The notes: generated by a model not told the origin, from the sequence alone. Counted from the stretch's first letter, positions 1-23,012 are shown. The stretch is DNA of 64,000 bases from Eimeria praecox (GCA_963920595.1 OY986950.1:2852001-2916000), one strand, 5' to 3'. Program-made: numbers and translations.

Positions 1-131
<131 letters not shown>

Positions 132-151
132 TATGTGTGTGTTGTGTGTAG

Positions 152-2532
152 TCGTCTTCGTGACGAGAACTTGGTTCCGTTAGCTCGGATATTACAAGAG
201 AAGTACAGCAAACAATTTGTGTTGATGACGAAACAAATACTTAGTTTTGTTTATCATATTAATGACAGATCTTTCTTTAATCTCGAAGAATTAATACTTA
301 CATATTCTAAAATCGCGTAGGTTAGAGAGGGGATGCTCTTCTTGCTGCTGCTGCTGCTGTTGGTGCTGCTGTTGCTGTTCCTGTTGCTGCTGTTGTTGCT
401 GCTGCTGTTGCTGTTGCTGTCTTTGTTTCGGTTTTTGTTGCTGTTTACAAGCAGCAGAGGTGGTGTTGATGTATCTTCATTCTCTGGTGTATAGGCAGGT
501 GACTCTGGGGTGTATAAGCAGGTGTTTGTTTATGTGCATGCATATGTTTTGGGGTGTATAGGCAGATGCCTCTGTGCATGCATATTTGGGGTGTATAGGC
601 AGGTGTTTATTTATGTGCATGCATGTATATTTGGGGTGTATAGGCAGGTGTTTATTTATGTGCATGTATGTATATTTGGGGTGTATAGGCAGGTATTTAT
701 TTATGTGTCTGCATGCATTTATTTAAATTTGGGGTGTATATACAGGGAGGAGCTCCGTTTATTACATCGTTATCACCTCGCAGATATATTTGAAGAACTA
801 AGTTTATGTATTTGTGAAGAGATAGAATTACAAAGACAAGAGAATATATATAAACAAAGACAAAAGTTATGTGAAGAGACAGAGCTGGCTATACACCAGA
901 AAGAAGTAGAACTGCAGCAGCTGCAGCAGCAACAAGAAGAGAAAATATTAAAATTAGATAAAGTTGATTTAGAACAAGTTGCTGAGTTGTGTGTAGCTAG
1001 AAGACATCAAAGTATGTATTTATATTTTATTCTCTCTTTATATTTGTTTTTGTTTTTATAGTTGTATTTATCTGTGTCTTTGTATTTTATATTTGTCTTT
1101 GTATTTTATATTTGTCTGTGTCTTTATATTTATATTTTTATTCTTTTTTATATTTGTTTTTGTTTAGCTTCATCTTTATCTGTGTCTTTGTGTTTATCTA
1201 TGTCTTTGTATTTATTTGTGTCTTTGTGTTTATTTGTGTCTTTGTGTTTATCTGTGACTTTGTATTTATGTGTGTCTTTGTGTTTATATTTGTGTTTGTG
1301 TTTATATTTGTTTTTGTGTTTATATTTGTGTTTGTGTTTATATTTGTGTTTGTGTTTATATTTGTCTTTGTCTGTGTCTTTATATTTATATTTATATTTA
1401 TATTTATATTTATATTTATATTTATATTTATATTTATATTTATATTTATATTTATATTTATATTTATATTTATATTTATATTTATATTTAGACTGAGGGG
1501 CTCTGTTTGCTGTCTCTCTCTTCTTCTGTCTCCTTCTCTCTTATCCTTTCTTTTGTCTCTTCTTCTTTTGTCTCTTTCTGTCTTTCTGTCTCTTCTTATT
1601 TTTCTTTATTTTCTCTCTCCTTCTCTCTACTCTTTCGTCTCTTTCTCTCTCTCTCTCTCTGCCTCTCCCTCTCTTTCTCTCCCTCTCTCTCTCTCTCTCT
1701 CGCTCTCTCTCTCTCTCGCTCTCTCTCTCTCCTTCTCTGTCTCTCTTTCTGTCTCTCTTTCTCTTTCTGTCTCTGTCTGTCTCTGTCTTCTCTCTCTCTG
1801 TGTCTGTCTCTCTCTGCCTCTTTCTCTCGCTGTCTCTGTCTCTCTCTGTCTCTGTCTCTCTCTCTCTCTACCTCTGTCTCTTTCTCCCTCTTTCTCTCTG
1901 TCTCTCTTTTTCTTTCTGTCTTTTTCTGTGTCTCCCTGTCTTTCTCTCTCTCTCTGTCTCCTCCTCTCTCTGTCCCTCTCTCTCTCTGTCTCTTTCTCTC
2001 TCCCTGTCTCTTTCTCGCTCCTTGTCTCCTTCTCCGTCTCTATCTCTCTCCCTCCCTCTCTGTCTCTCTGTCTCTCTCTGTCTCTGTCTCTCTCTGTCTC
2101 TTTCTCTCTGTTTCTTTCTCTTTCTTTGCTTTCCGGTTTTACCTAATTCTATTCCTTTCTGTATAACATTCTCTAAATTATTAATTACTAATTAATTATT
2201 ATTTAATTAATTATAAACTAATTATAATTTATTTGTTTATAATTTCTTACTATTTTCAGGTGTACAGACAGAGGATGCCCTGTCTCTACGTGAAGGGGCT
2301 GTGGGGCCCCTCATTGTCTCTCGAGCAACAGCTCAGAAGACACCCGAGCCAGACCCTGTCTGCTCTCTAGCGAAGGTAAACCCTAAACCCTAAACCCTAA
2401 ACCCTAAACCCTAAACCCTAAACCCTAAACCCTAGACACTTGATCCTGTATGCTCCCTAGCAAAGCTAAACCCTAAACCCTAAACCCTAAACTCTCGATG
2501 TACACTCGAAGCACAGACAGCATACTGAAACT

Positions 2533-2564
<32 letters not shown>

Positions 2565-2782
2565 GCGGCAGCAGCAGCAGCAGCAGCAGCAGGATTAGGA
2601 ATAATAGCAGCAATGAGGAAAATCCTTGAAGCAGCAGCAGCAACCCCAGCAGCAGCATTTGCTGCTGCTGCAACAGCAACAACAGCAGCAACAGCAGCAA
2701 CAACACCCACGTTCACACCAATAGCAGCAGCAACACCAGAAGCAACAACAGCAGCAGCAGCAACAGCAGCAACAGCAGCAGC

Positions 2783-2839
<57 letters not shown>

Positions 2840-3152
2840 ACAGCAGCAACAGCAGCAGCAGCAGCAGCAGTTTATTGTTTGTGTGTCTGCGTGTGTAGAA
2901 ATACTGGCGAGCCTGCAACGCTTACGATATGCATACAAGTATAAGAAAGCTTCTAAAGAATACACCAAGGTAAATAAACCCTAAACCCTAAACCCTAAAC
3001 CCTAAACCCTAAACCCTAAACCCTAAACCCTAAGGATAAGGACTCTGTCTGTTGTAGTATCTGTCGTCTTTTATTTTATTTATTTGCATTCAAAACAAAC
3101 AAAAGATAAAAAATATAATCTCTTAGCTAATTTACTTCTCTCTTCTCTTCTT

Positions 3153-3206
<54 letters not shown>

Positions 3207-3674
3207 TTAGGTTTGAGTATAGAGCATCGATAGTTAGATATGTTTGTATATATTTGTATTTGTATTAAACGTATTAAATTAATTAAATTAATTAAATTAA
3301 TTAAATTAATTAAATTAATTAAATTAATTAAATTATTTTACTAAATTCAAATCTCTGCATGCATGCATTAATTAATTTGGGGCTGCATGCGTAATTTGTT
3401 GTTGTTTTCTTTCTGTAGAATCAAACGCTGTCTTCTCGAGGTCTTTGCGTTTTATTCTAAAGCCCCGATAGCAGCAGTTCTTAAGACATACCAGAAGAAG
3501 AAGCAGCAGCAGCAGCAGCAGCAGCTGTTACTGCTGCAGCAGCAGCAACAGCAGCAGCAGCAGCAGCAAGGGCTTGAGGGGCTACCTATAGGACTTACCT
3601 TTGCTGCTTTCCGCCGATTGTGCTTGGATCTGCGACTTCAACAAAATTTGCTTACAGATTACATGCAGGTCTGC

Positions 3675-3743
<69 letters not shown>

Positions 3744-3899
3744 TAGATAGATTTATTTGTATTTATATATCTGTAGATGTAGATAGATGTATTTGTATAA
3801 TCGTTCATGTTTGTATATACGTGCGTTTGCTGCTTCTTGCATATCCATAGAAATATAAGCCTCTCTCTCTCCGTCTCTCTCTATCTGTCTGTCTCTCTT

Positions 3900-3980
<81 letters not shown>

Positions 3981-4194
3981 CTGTATATCTATATTTCTGT
4001 GTCTGTATATATGTATATATCTATATATAGATATATACATATATATGTATATATCTACATATCTATAGAGCTGTACGTGCGTATATCTATATCTCTATAC
4101 CTATATCTCTATATCTATATCTAGCACATCTGTATCTCTATATCGATATATCTGTATATATCTGTGTATCTGTCTGTCTATCAATCTATGTATA

Positions 4195-4245
<51 letters not shown>

Positions 4246-4340
4246 GTTTGTATATTTACATCTATATTATCTATCTACTTTAATCTGTTGACCTGTGAGT
4301 AAACTAACACTTCAACGATTTACAAAGAGGAGCCCTCTGC

Positions 4341-4420
<80 letters not shown>

Positions 4421-4878
4421 TTATATATTTACACATATATACATATTTATATATTGATATATTCATTTATTTAAGAATGCATGTATTTCTATATTTGTGT
4501 ATTTCTATATTTATATGTATATATATTTATATATTTATAAATAAATATATTTATCTATTTAGATATAAATATATGTTTATATATTTATATGTTTATATAT
4601 TTATATATTTATATATTTATATATTTATATATTTATATATTTATATATTTATATATTTATGTATATTTATATATATTTATATATTTATATATAAATATAT
4701 ATTTATATATTTATATATTTGTGTGTGTGTGTTTTAGTTGTTTAATTTTTTCGAGAAGTTTAGCGTAGAACCCCCGGAGGGGTTAGTACAACCCGAGGGT
4801 TTTATTCGAGTGCTTCCTCTCTTTCTATGGATGCCTGCTGTACGCGAGCTAGCGTATCTTAATCTCTTACATACTGTA

Positions 4879-4933
<55 letters not shown>

Positions 4934-5638
4934 GCAGCAGGGAGAGTTGGGGTTTATCAGATGGTTGTTGCAATGCTAGAAATTCAAATCTAACGGTTGA
5001 GGGGTTATACGGGGGTTCTAGGGTTTAGGGTTTAGGGCCTTCTAGGGTTTAGGGTTTGGGGTTTTCTAGGGCGTAGGGTTTAGGGTTTTCTAGTGTATAG
5101 GGTTTGGGGGGGTTTAGGGGTTTGGGGGTGTAGGGTTTTCTAGGGTTTAAAAGGATTTTTTAGGGTCTAGGGTTTAGGGTCTATGGTTTAGGGTTTAGGG
5201 TTTAGGGTTTAGGGTTTAGGGTTTAGGGTTTGTGTGCAGTTAAGTGCTGAGGCGATTAGTAAGGGTATAGAAGATAAGGAGTTAGGGTTTATATTTTCTA
5301 GAACATCACGGCTATCATCATTTTATTATTTTTGTGGAAATAATTTAATGTGTTTATATGAGGAGCTCTGTTCAAATACAGATTTTGATATATCTCGTAC
5401 TCCTTTATTATTAGCTGAGGAGACAGCTAAGACAACAGCTGCAGATACACCTGAAAGAATACAGGAGACAGTAGATATTGCTGTTTATACTAAACATCAA
5501 CTCCCTATAGATATTGAAGCTATGTTTATTCTTAAACCCATTGAAATACTATTTACCTTCTTCAGCGAGATTTCTATGAAAAACAAACATATAGAGAAAG
5601 AATACACACAGCAGCAGCAGCAGCAGCAGCAGCAACAC

Positions 5639-5697
<59 letters not shown>

Positions 5698-5738
5698 GGA
5701 GGCAGCAGCACCGAAAACCCCCTTACCAGTAAAAAGTA

Positions 5739-5769
<31 letters not shown>

Positions 5770-5841
5770 ACGTCAAATAGCTGCAGGAGATTCGTCACCG
5801 CCGGGCCCCACAGCAGCAGCAGCAACAGCAGCAGCAACAGA

Positions 5842-5888
<47 letters not shown>

Positions 5889-6100
5889 GCAGCAAGGAGA
5901 CAGCCTGGGTGAGCGTTGGGGTGTACGTAAAGATGCTGCGGCTGTTAGGAATGATCCCGGGGTTTCTGTCTCTTGTAGAGGCGAAAGACATCACCCTTGC
6001 TGCTGCTGCTGCTGCAGCAGCAGCAGCAACAGCAGCAGCAGATACGAACGTTAGTGAAGAAGAACAATATAAAAATAATGTAAGAATTACTCGCTGACAG

Positions 6101-6154
<54 letters not shown>

Positions 6155-6746
6155 TTGGTTTAAGGAGACACCTGAGGAGACACCTGAAGAGGAGACACCT
6201 GAGGAGACACCTCAGCAGACACCTCAGGAGCTTAGTTTATTAGTTAATTAATATTTTTATTTGTCTGTCTCCTTTTATTTGTGTGTCTATCTCCTCTTCA
6301 CTGTTTAGTCAATCAATTTAGTTTAATTTAATTAATTAATTAATTAAATTAAATTATATAATATATATAATTATATAAATTAATTAATTAATTAATTAAT
6401 TAATATTTACCTTTATGTGTCTCCTCGTGTTTATTTGTGTGTCTGTCTCCTTTTGACTGTTCAATTAATTAATTAATTAATTAATATTATTAATTAATTA
6501 ATTAAATTACATTAAATTAAATTAAATTAAATTAAATTAAATTAATTAATGTGTCTCCTTATTGTTTATTTGTGTGTCTGTCTCCTTCTGTCTCTTCAGC
6601 GTCGTCTAAATTTTCGTGGGTTTGTTTGTGCGTTAGCTCATTGTTTATCAGCAGCAACAAAACTAAATCTAATTCGTCGTATAGGAAGAAAGGAGACAGC
6701 AGCAGCAGCAGCAGCAGCTGCTGCTGCTGCTGCAGGAGGGGAGACA

Positions 6747-6782
<36 letters not shown>

Positions 6783-6974
6783 CCTCTACTCTGTAGTATA
6801 TCGGAGATAAGAAAAGAAGCAAGACAACTACTCGATTTGTTTGGTTTGTTATCTGTTTCATCAATACAAGATTTAACAAATAAACAAATACAAAAAAATA
6901 ATATGCAAACAAATAAACAAATAAATATATTTAAGAAGAATGTTGTGGGCTTACGTATACTTAAACCTATATAA
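152..6974 (+). CDS. Hypothetical protein, 5'-partial, multi-exon (coiled-coil N-part; helical repeats reminiscent of degenerate EF-hand/TPPP-like units)
   Basis: Phase-consistent GT-AG exon chain: 152-316, 746-1011, 2260-2375, 2899-2969, 3419-3668, 4738-4875, 5240-6079, 6600-6974 (stop). Translation includes [15 protein letters not shown]...[26 protein letters not shown]...[17 protein letters not shown] and [16 protein letters not shown], with poly-Q/A/S inserts. The domain resemblance is by eye only. Confidence 0.7.
507..745 (+). repeat. Intronic ~40-bp tandem repeat (GGGGTGTATAGGCAGGTGTTTATTTATGTGCATGCA...)
   Basis: About five degenerate copies directly upstream of the acceptor at 745. Confidence 0.8.
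2377..2432 (+). repeat. Interstitial telomere-like (AAACCCT)n array, representative of dozens in the window
   Basis: Perfect AAACCCT units directly after the exon donor. Similar arrays at e.g. 2977-3032, 5160-5230, 11330-11520, 20570-20620, 21550-22100, 32720-33100, 37126-37290, 54068-54940, 57430-58345 and 59060-63410, almost all intronic. Confidence 0.95.
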
Positions 6975-6984
6975 AATATATGCT

Positions 6985-7015
<31 letters not shown>

Positions 7016-7986
7016 TTGATGATGATGATGTTGCCGCTGCTGCTGCTCTGGGGGCAGTGGCTGTAAAGCAGAGAGCTCAGGCAGCAGCAGCTGCTGCTGC
7101 TGCTGTGCTGCAGCAGCTGCTGCTGCAGCAGCAGCAGCAGCAGCAGCAAATGGTGTACGTTGTGCTGCTAAGCGGCCGCCTGAGTAGCAGCGAATGCATG
7201 CAAACTGCAGCAGACACAGCAGCAGCAACAGCAGCAGCAACAGCAGCAGCAATAGCAGCAGCAGCAGCAATAGCAGCAGCAGCAGCAGCTGCTGCTGCTG
7301 CTGCATACCGGCTATAGTATAGCAAACGCAGCGTTTTTATAGAGGTGTATATACACCTCAAAACTTTATTTTTTGTTTTAAAGGAGGCAGCAGGAGCAGC
7401 AGCAGCAGCAGCAGCAGCTGCTGCTGCTGCTGCTGCTGCTGCTGTTAGAAAGGAGACAGAAGAGGTTTTTTTGTAAGAAGACATGCATGCAGACAAATAA
7501 ATAAAAAAATAAATAAATAAATAAATAGATAAATAAATTAGTAAATAAATAAATAAATAAATATGTAGGTAGGTACATAAATAAATAAACAAATTAATTA
7601 ATTAATTGATCAAAAAAATAAATTAATTAATATAAATAAGTAAACAAACAAACAAAGAAGGAAGGAAGGAGACAGTCTTCAGCTGTCTCCTTTTGTTTTA
7701 TTACAAAGCGCTGCTGCTGTTGCTGCTGCGGCTGCTGCTGCTGCTGCTGCTGCGGCTGCTGCTGCTGCTGCTGCTGCTGCTTGTATATCTGGTATCTGCT
7801 GTCTGCTGCTGCTGCTGCTGTTGCTGCTGCTGCGAAGGAGGAGACAGCAGCCGCTGTTGTCTGTCTGTCTCCTTTCTATTGTCTCTTAAGTGCAGCAAGA
7901 CAAACACACTTTGTAATAATTAGATACAATACAAGACACGCTTCTGCTGCTGCTGCTGCTTTTGCTGCTGCTGCTGCTGCTGCTTT

Positions 7987-8038
<52 letters not shown>

Positions 8039-8402
8039 ATCTGTGTTGTTTATCATTCAAAAAGAAGAAATAAAGACAAAACCCTGCGACTTCTTCGTCT
8101 ACTTTTGGGGCTTGGGATGCATGCGCATGCAGCAGCAGCAGCAACAACAGCAGCAGCAGCAACAACAGCAGCAGCAGCAACAACAGCAGCAACAGCAGCA
8201 ACAACAGCAACAGCAACAGCAGCAGCAAGACAAACAAGTGCATGCAGTTGCTGCTGCTGCTGCATATACAGCTGAGGAGACACCTCGCAGCAGCATATAC
8301 TTTGAGAGGAGACACAGCATAACTGTCTCCTTCATTTATTATTTCTGTCTCCTCTCTCTTCTACTATAACTTCTAATGTATAACATATTATTTACTACAT
8401 TA

Positions 8403-8468
<66 letters not shown>

Positions 8469-8575
8469 TGTCTCTGGCTTTATATGCTTCTTCATTTATA
8501 ACGCCTGCAACATGCAACAGCAGCAGCAACAGCAGCAACAGCAGCAACAGGAGCAGCAGCAACAGCAGCAACAGG

Positions 8576-8606
<31 letters not shown>

Positions 8607-8655
8607 ACAGCAGCAGCAGCAACAGCAGCAGCAGCAACAGGAGCAGCAGCAGCAA

Positions 8656-8696
<41 letters not shown>

Positions 8697-9336
8697 GCAG
8701 CAGCTTTTGCTGTTTTTTTTTTATATCGTCTTTCTTTCTGTATACACGCGAATTACTCTAAGCGCCAGTTAGTATAAATATATAATTATATTTTATTTGT
8801 ATTTATTTAATTATTATTTGTCTATATTTATTTATTTATATAATTACGTTTTATTTGTATTTATTTAATTATTATTTTTTGTATTTGTTTATTTATTATT
8901 TATTTTATTTATTTAATTATTATTTTTTGTATTTGTTTATTTATTATTTATTTTATTTATTTAATTATTATTTTTTGTATTTGTTTATTTATTATTTATT
9001 TTATTTATTTAATTAAATGTATTCATTATTGTATTCGTATACATGCGTATCTCCTTTAGTTTAATTAATTAATTAATTAATTAATTAATTAAATAATTAA
9101 TTAATTAATTAATTAAGTAATCTACTTATTTATTTATTTGTATATTTATTTATTTTTAGTTAATTAATTAATTAATTAACTAATTTGTTTGTTTGTTTAT
9201 TTATTATTTATTTATTTGTTTATTATATTATTTATTTATTTATTTATTTATTAGATTATTTTTTGTTGTATTTTGAGCTCTCTCTTATTTTACAAACAGC
9301 ATCGATCCTCTGCATGCAGCAGCAGCAGCAGCAGCA

Positions 9337-9383
<47 letters not shown>

Positions 9384-9549
9384 GTGGCAGGAGGCTGCGG
9401 TGTACATGCAGCTTAGCAGCTGTCTGTGTGTTTCTGTTATTCTTTTGTTTAATAAAATATTTTTATTATCTCTTTTTTATTACTTTCTTCTCCTTTTTAT
9501 CTGTATATACACCTGATTTCTTGTATGCTTGCTGCTGCTGACTACCCTC

Positions 9550-9598
<49 letters not shown>

Positions 9599-9771
9599 GT
9601 TTGCTGCTGCTGCTGCTGCTCCATTAGCTGCTGCTGTTGCATGTGCTGCAGCAGCAGCAGCAACAAAACTCTATAGAGGCGATGTTGTTTATTTGTTGTT
9701 TTGTTTGTTTTTGTTGTTTATGAATTTATATTAATTTTATTATTTTATTATTTATTTGTGTTTATATCTGC

Positions 9772-9804
<33 letters not shown>

Positions 9805-10002
9805 CCGCTGCAGCAGCAGTAACGTATTCATAATTTACTGTTTGTTTATATTTAAAATATAATATTTATATATTTATTTATTTATTTTATTTTATAGAAG
9901 AACTCTCTTTGTTTGTTTTTTATTTGTGATTAGAGGAATAAGTATATACACACACACAGGTTGCTAGTATAACAACAGCAACTACTGCTGCTGCTGCTGC
10001 TG

Positions 10003-10040
<38 letters not shown>

Positions 10041-10243
10041 GCAACAGAGCTACGTGTGCCCTCAATAATTATTCTTTCTTTTAGTTTCGACTTTGTTTGT
10101 TTTTCGTGTTTTATATATAATTGTTTTTCTTCTTATCTCTCTCTTGATCTCATACATTCCTCTGTCGGCTGCTGCGGCTGCTGCTGCTGCAGCAGCAGCA
10201 GCAGTAGCCGCAGCGGCAGCAACAACAACAATTGTACCAACTG

Positions 10244-10277
<34 letters not shown>

Positions 10278-10585
10278 AGCAGCAGCAGCAACAACAACAG
10301 CAGCAGCAGCAGCAGGTTGAGGGTCTAAGGTGGTCTTGCACGTCAACACCACCACCAGCTGCAGCAGCAGCAGCAGCAGAAGAACCCGCAGCAGCAGCAA
10401 CAGCAGCAGCAGCACCCGCAGCAGCAGCAGCAACAGCAGCAGCATCCGCAGCAGCAACAGCATCCACAGCAGCAGCAGTATCAGCCTTAACATCATCATT
10501 ATCAGCAGCAACAGCAGTGCCCGCATCAGCAGCAACAGCAGCAGCAGCAACAACATCACCAGCAGCAGCAGCAGCAGCAGCAGCA

Positions 10586-11039
10586 ATGGATTTTCAGGGA
10601 GGCCAAGGACGAAGCACAACATCTGCAGCAGCAGCAGCAGCAGCAGCAAGAGGAGGAAGCAGAAGAAGTTTAAAATGTAGAGTTGGAGATTTGCTGCTGC
10701 GACGATGTAGCCGCAGCAGCAGCAGCAGCAGCAGCATGCATGCAGGTTGCTGGCAGCTAATAGGTGTTGTAAGGACAGAAGACACATATTTATTTAATGA
10801 TGATGCGGGAGAGTATAATAGTTTTGTGCTGCTGTATGCTTTAGAGATAGAGGTAGATGCTGCTGCAGCAGCAACAGCAACAACAACAACTGCTGCTGCT
10901 GCTGCTGCAGCAGCAGCAGCAACTGCAGCCTCAAGTACAACAGTAATGCCATCAGCAGCAACCCCAACATCAACAGCAGGAGCACCAACATCATCAGCAT
11001 CAGCAGCATCAGCAGCAGCAGCAGCAGCAGCTGCTGCTG

Positions 11040-11074
<35 letters not shown>

Positions 11075-11682
11075 TCAGATAATATACGTATCTTAGCTAT
11101 ACGTCCTCCCCTACATAATTGTGTATCTACACTAGAACAGCAGCGAGTCTTAAATAGCTTCAGGGCATTTCTACATCATCAACTTGCGTCTTCTCCATTT
11201 GTTTATCATTTTATACTTATATTTAAATCTAAATCTAATCTACGTATTAAAAGAAATAAAAAACAAAAGACGCTACTAGGTAGGGTTTGGGGGGGGAGGG
11301 GAGAGAGTTGGAGGGTTATGCGCTGGGGTTTAGGGTTTACAGGTTAGGGTTTAGGGTTTAGGGATTAGGGGTTAGGGTTTTGGGGGTAGGGGTTAGGGTT
11401 TATTTAGGGTTTAGGGTTTATTTAGGGTTTAGGGTTTACTTAGCGTTTAGGGTTTATTTGGCGCTTAGGGTTTATTGAGGGTTTAGGGTTTAGGGTTTAG
11501 GGTTTAGGGTTTAGGGTTTAGGTTGTATGTGGGGTTATGGAGTTTTGTATTTTGGGGTTGTTTGAAAATGCTTAGGTGAAGTATGATGCATGCACATATA
11601 TATATATATATATATATAGATAGATAGATAGATATATATATATAATTATTTGGTTGAGTTTAGTTTATGCTTTATATATATT

Positions 11683-11743
<61 letters not shown>

Positions 11744-11983
11744 GGGTGTCTGTGCAGGTCAATATCTCGCTTTGATGCACGGATCTACTCAAGTCAACGG
11801 CGTTGTTCCTTTAGAGATATATTTATTATATTTAGATAAAGATATTTATAAAACTAAACAAAGTAAGGAGTTGAGAGGATATAAATTGAAGTACTTTTCA
11901 ACAAATATATTAAGTTGGTGTATGAAAAGTAATACTGCTTTAAACGCATCAACAAAAGCTGGAGATACACCTCAACTAGTGCT

Positions 11984-12022
<39 letters not shown>

Positions 12023-12268
12023 ACAACAACAGCAGCAGCAGCAGCAGCAGAATCAGCACCAACCTCCTCATGATGCTACTGCTGCTACTGCTGCTCCTCC
12101 TGCTGCTGCTGCCGCTGCTCATGCTGCTGCTGCTGCTGTTGCTGCTGCGCATCACAACAGCAGCAGCAGCAACACCCCACAAACAGATGAGGAAGAAGAT
12201 GCTGCTCTTGATCAGAAACAACATATGCAGCAGCAGCAGCAGCAACAACTACAAATACAACTGCAGCT

Positions 12269-12301
<33 letters not shown>

Positions 12302-12380
12302 GCAGCAAACACCGAGAATCGCAAGCCTTAGACGCACTTACACGAGCTCAGGTTCTACTGTCTCTGTACGAAAGCACTAA
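10586..12380 (+). CDS. Hypothetical protein, two exons (10586-11279, 11758-12380)
   Basis: MDFQGG...WQLIGVVRTEDTYLFNDDAGEYNSFVLLYALEIEVD...NIRILAIRPPLHN...KTLLG|QYLALMHGSTQVNGVVPLEIYLLYLDKDIYK... joined in phase across a GT-AG intron filled with telomere repeats. The start is uncertain because the frame is open from 10232. Confidence 0.65.
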
Positions 12381-13385
12381 GACAAAGACATCAAGACACC
12401 TCAAACAAATACGCTTCCTGCTGCTGCTGCTGCTGCTGCTGCAGCAGCAGCAGCAGCAGCAACTGCTGCAGCAGCAGCAGCAACTGCAGCAGCAACTACA
12501 GCAGCTGTTAATACCTTCAAGAAAGCAAACAGATACATCAAGAGTATAAAGGGATAGCTCTTGCTGCAGCAGCAACAGCAGCAGCAGCAGTAGAAAGTGC
12601 TGCTGCTGCTGTTGCTGCTGTTGCTGCAGCAGCAGCAACAGCAGCTCGTGCTGCTGCTGCTGCTGCTGTTGCTGTTTGTTAAGGCTGTTCAAAAGACAAT
12701 GAAAGGCAGGGGCTTTAGACCTGCTGTCCCCTCTGTCTCTCTCTCTCTCTCTGTCTGTCTCTGTCTCTCTCTTCTTCTCCCTCTGTCTCCTCTCTGTCTC
12801 CTCTGTCTCCTCTCTGTCTCCTCTCTGTCTCCTCTCTGTCTCTTCTGTAGGAAGCTACGTTTTTTCTGTTTGTCTGTTTTATTGTTTGTAGTTTAATTGC
12901 AGAAAGTTTTTATGTTGTTTGTTTAGAGACAGACAACAGCAGAAGTGAAGAGCTGCTGCTGCTGCAGCAGCAGCAGCTGCTGCTGCAGCAGCAGCAGCAG
13001 CTGCTGCTGCTGCTGCTGTGTGTCTCTTCTGCTTCTGTGTTTCTGTGGAGCAGCAGCAAGCAGCATTTATCTGTCTCTCTGTTGTTTGTCTGTCTGTCTC
13101 CTTCTTTTCTATCTTTCTCTCCTTACTTGTCACTATAAACTTAACTTTGTTTTTATTTTATTCTTCTTCTCTTTTCAGGTGTATAGGCACCTCGTAGGTG
13201 TCTCCTTAGACTGTTTCCCTCACATTATCATACATTACATCTTCTAACCCTAAACCCTAAACCCTAAACCCTTACTTACTCTGTCCCCTTATAAGTATTA
13301 CTGTCTCTTCTTCTCTCTCTCTCTCTACAGAACCTCCTTCTGTCTCCTATATCACCTGAAGAAAGCCCCAAAAAAGCCCCAAAAA

Positions 13386-13415
13386 TGCATGCATGCATGC
13401 ACGCATGCATGCATG
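13386..13415. repeat. TGCATGCA palindromic octamer cluster (representative)
   Basis: Tandem TGCATGCATGCA. Other copies near 616, 3356, 14016, 30657, 55548, 57367 and 60008. This is a known abundant non-coding motif of coccidian genomes. Confidence 0.8.
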
Positions 13416-13486
13416 CGATTATAAATAACAGAGTCGAGTCAAAAAAAAACAAACAACAGATGTTTAAATAAACAAGGAGAAGCACG

Positions 13487-13810
13487 AGGGGCCCCCATGG
13501 GGGTTTACTAAACCCCAAGGGGGGGGTTGGGGGCCGAGAAAGAGGCCCCTTAGGGGGGCCTCTAAAGGGGCCCCCTAAGGTACAAGGGTACCTTAGGGGG
13601 CCCCTTTAGGGGGCCCCCACGGGTTCAAAAGGGACGCCCTACAGGAGGGGCCCCCCTTTGAGGGCCCTCCCTTTGAGGGGCCCCCCTTAGAGGGGGCCCC
13701 TTGGGAGGGGGCCCCTTGGGAGGGGGCCCCTTGGGAGGGGGCCCCTTGGGAGGGGGCCCCTTGAGAGGGGGCCCTTTGAGAGGGGGCCCCTTAGAGGGGC
13801 CCCTTAGGGG
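13487..13810. repeat. GC-rich palindromic minisatellite (GGGGGCCCC core; 15-bp unit TTGGGAGGGGGCCCC)
   Basis: More than a dozen GGG(G)CCC(C) palindromes with a near-perfect 15-bp tandem at ~13690-13800, embedded in AT-rich DNA. Confidence 0.85.
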
Positions 13811-13856
13811 ATTAGGGTCTTGATAAAGTAGTATTAATATAATAATAGAGATATAA

Positions 13857-22997
<9,141 letters not shown>

Positions 22998-23012
22998 TTT
23001 ATTTATCTTTCA

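Noticed and set aside
7000..10200. Additional gene in the CAG-rich stretch (likewise 27300-28500 and 30600-32100)
   Set aside because: No phase-consistent exon chain or non-repetitive peptide was found. These are probably UTR or intergenic sequence.
13487..13810. GC-rich hairpins as a SECIS element
   Set aside because: SepSecS has no in-frame UGA, and the block lacks the AUGA/GA quartet and apical AA pattern.
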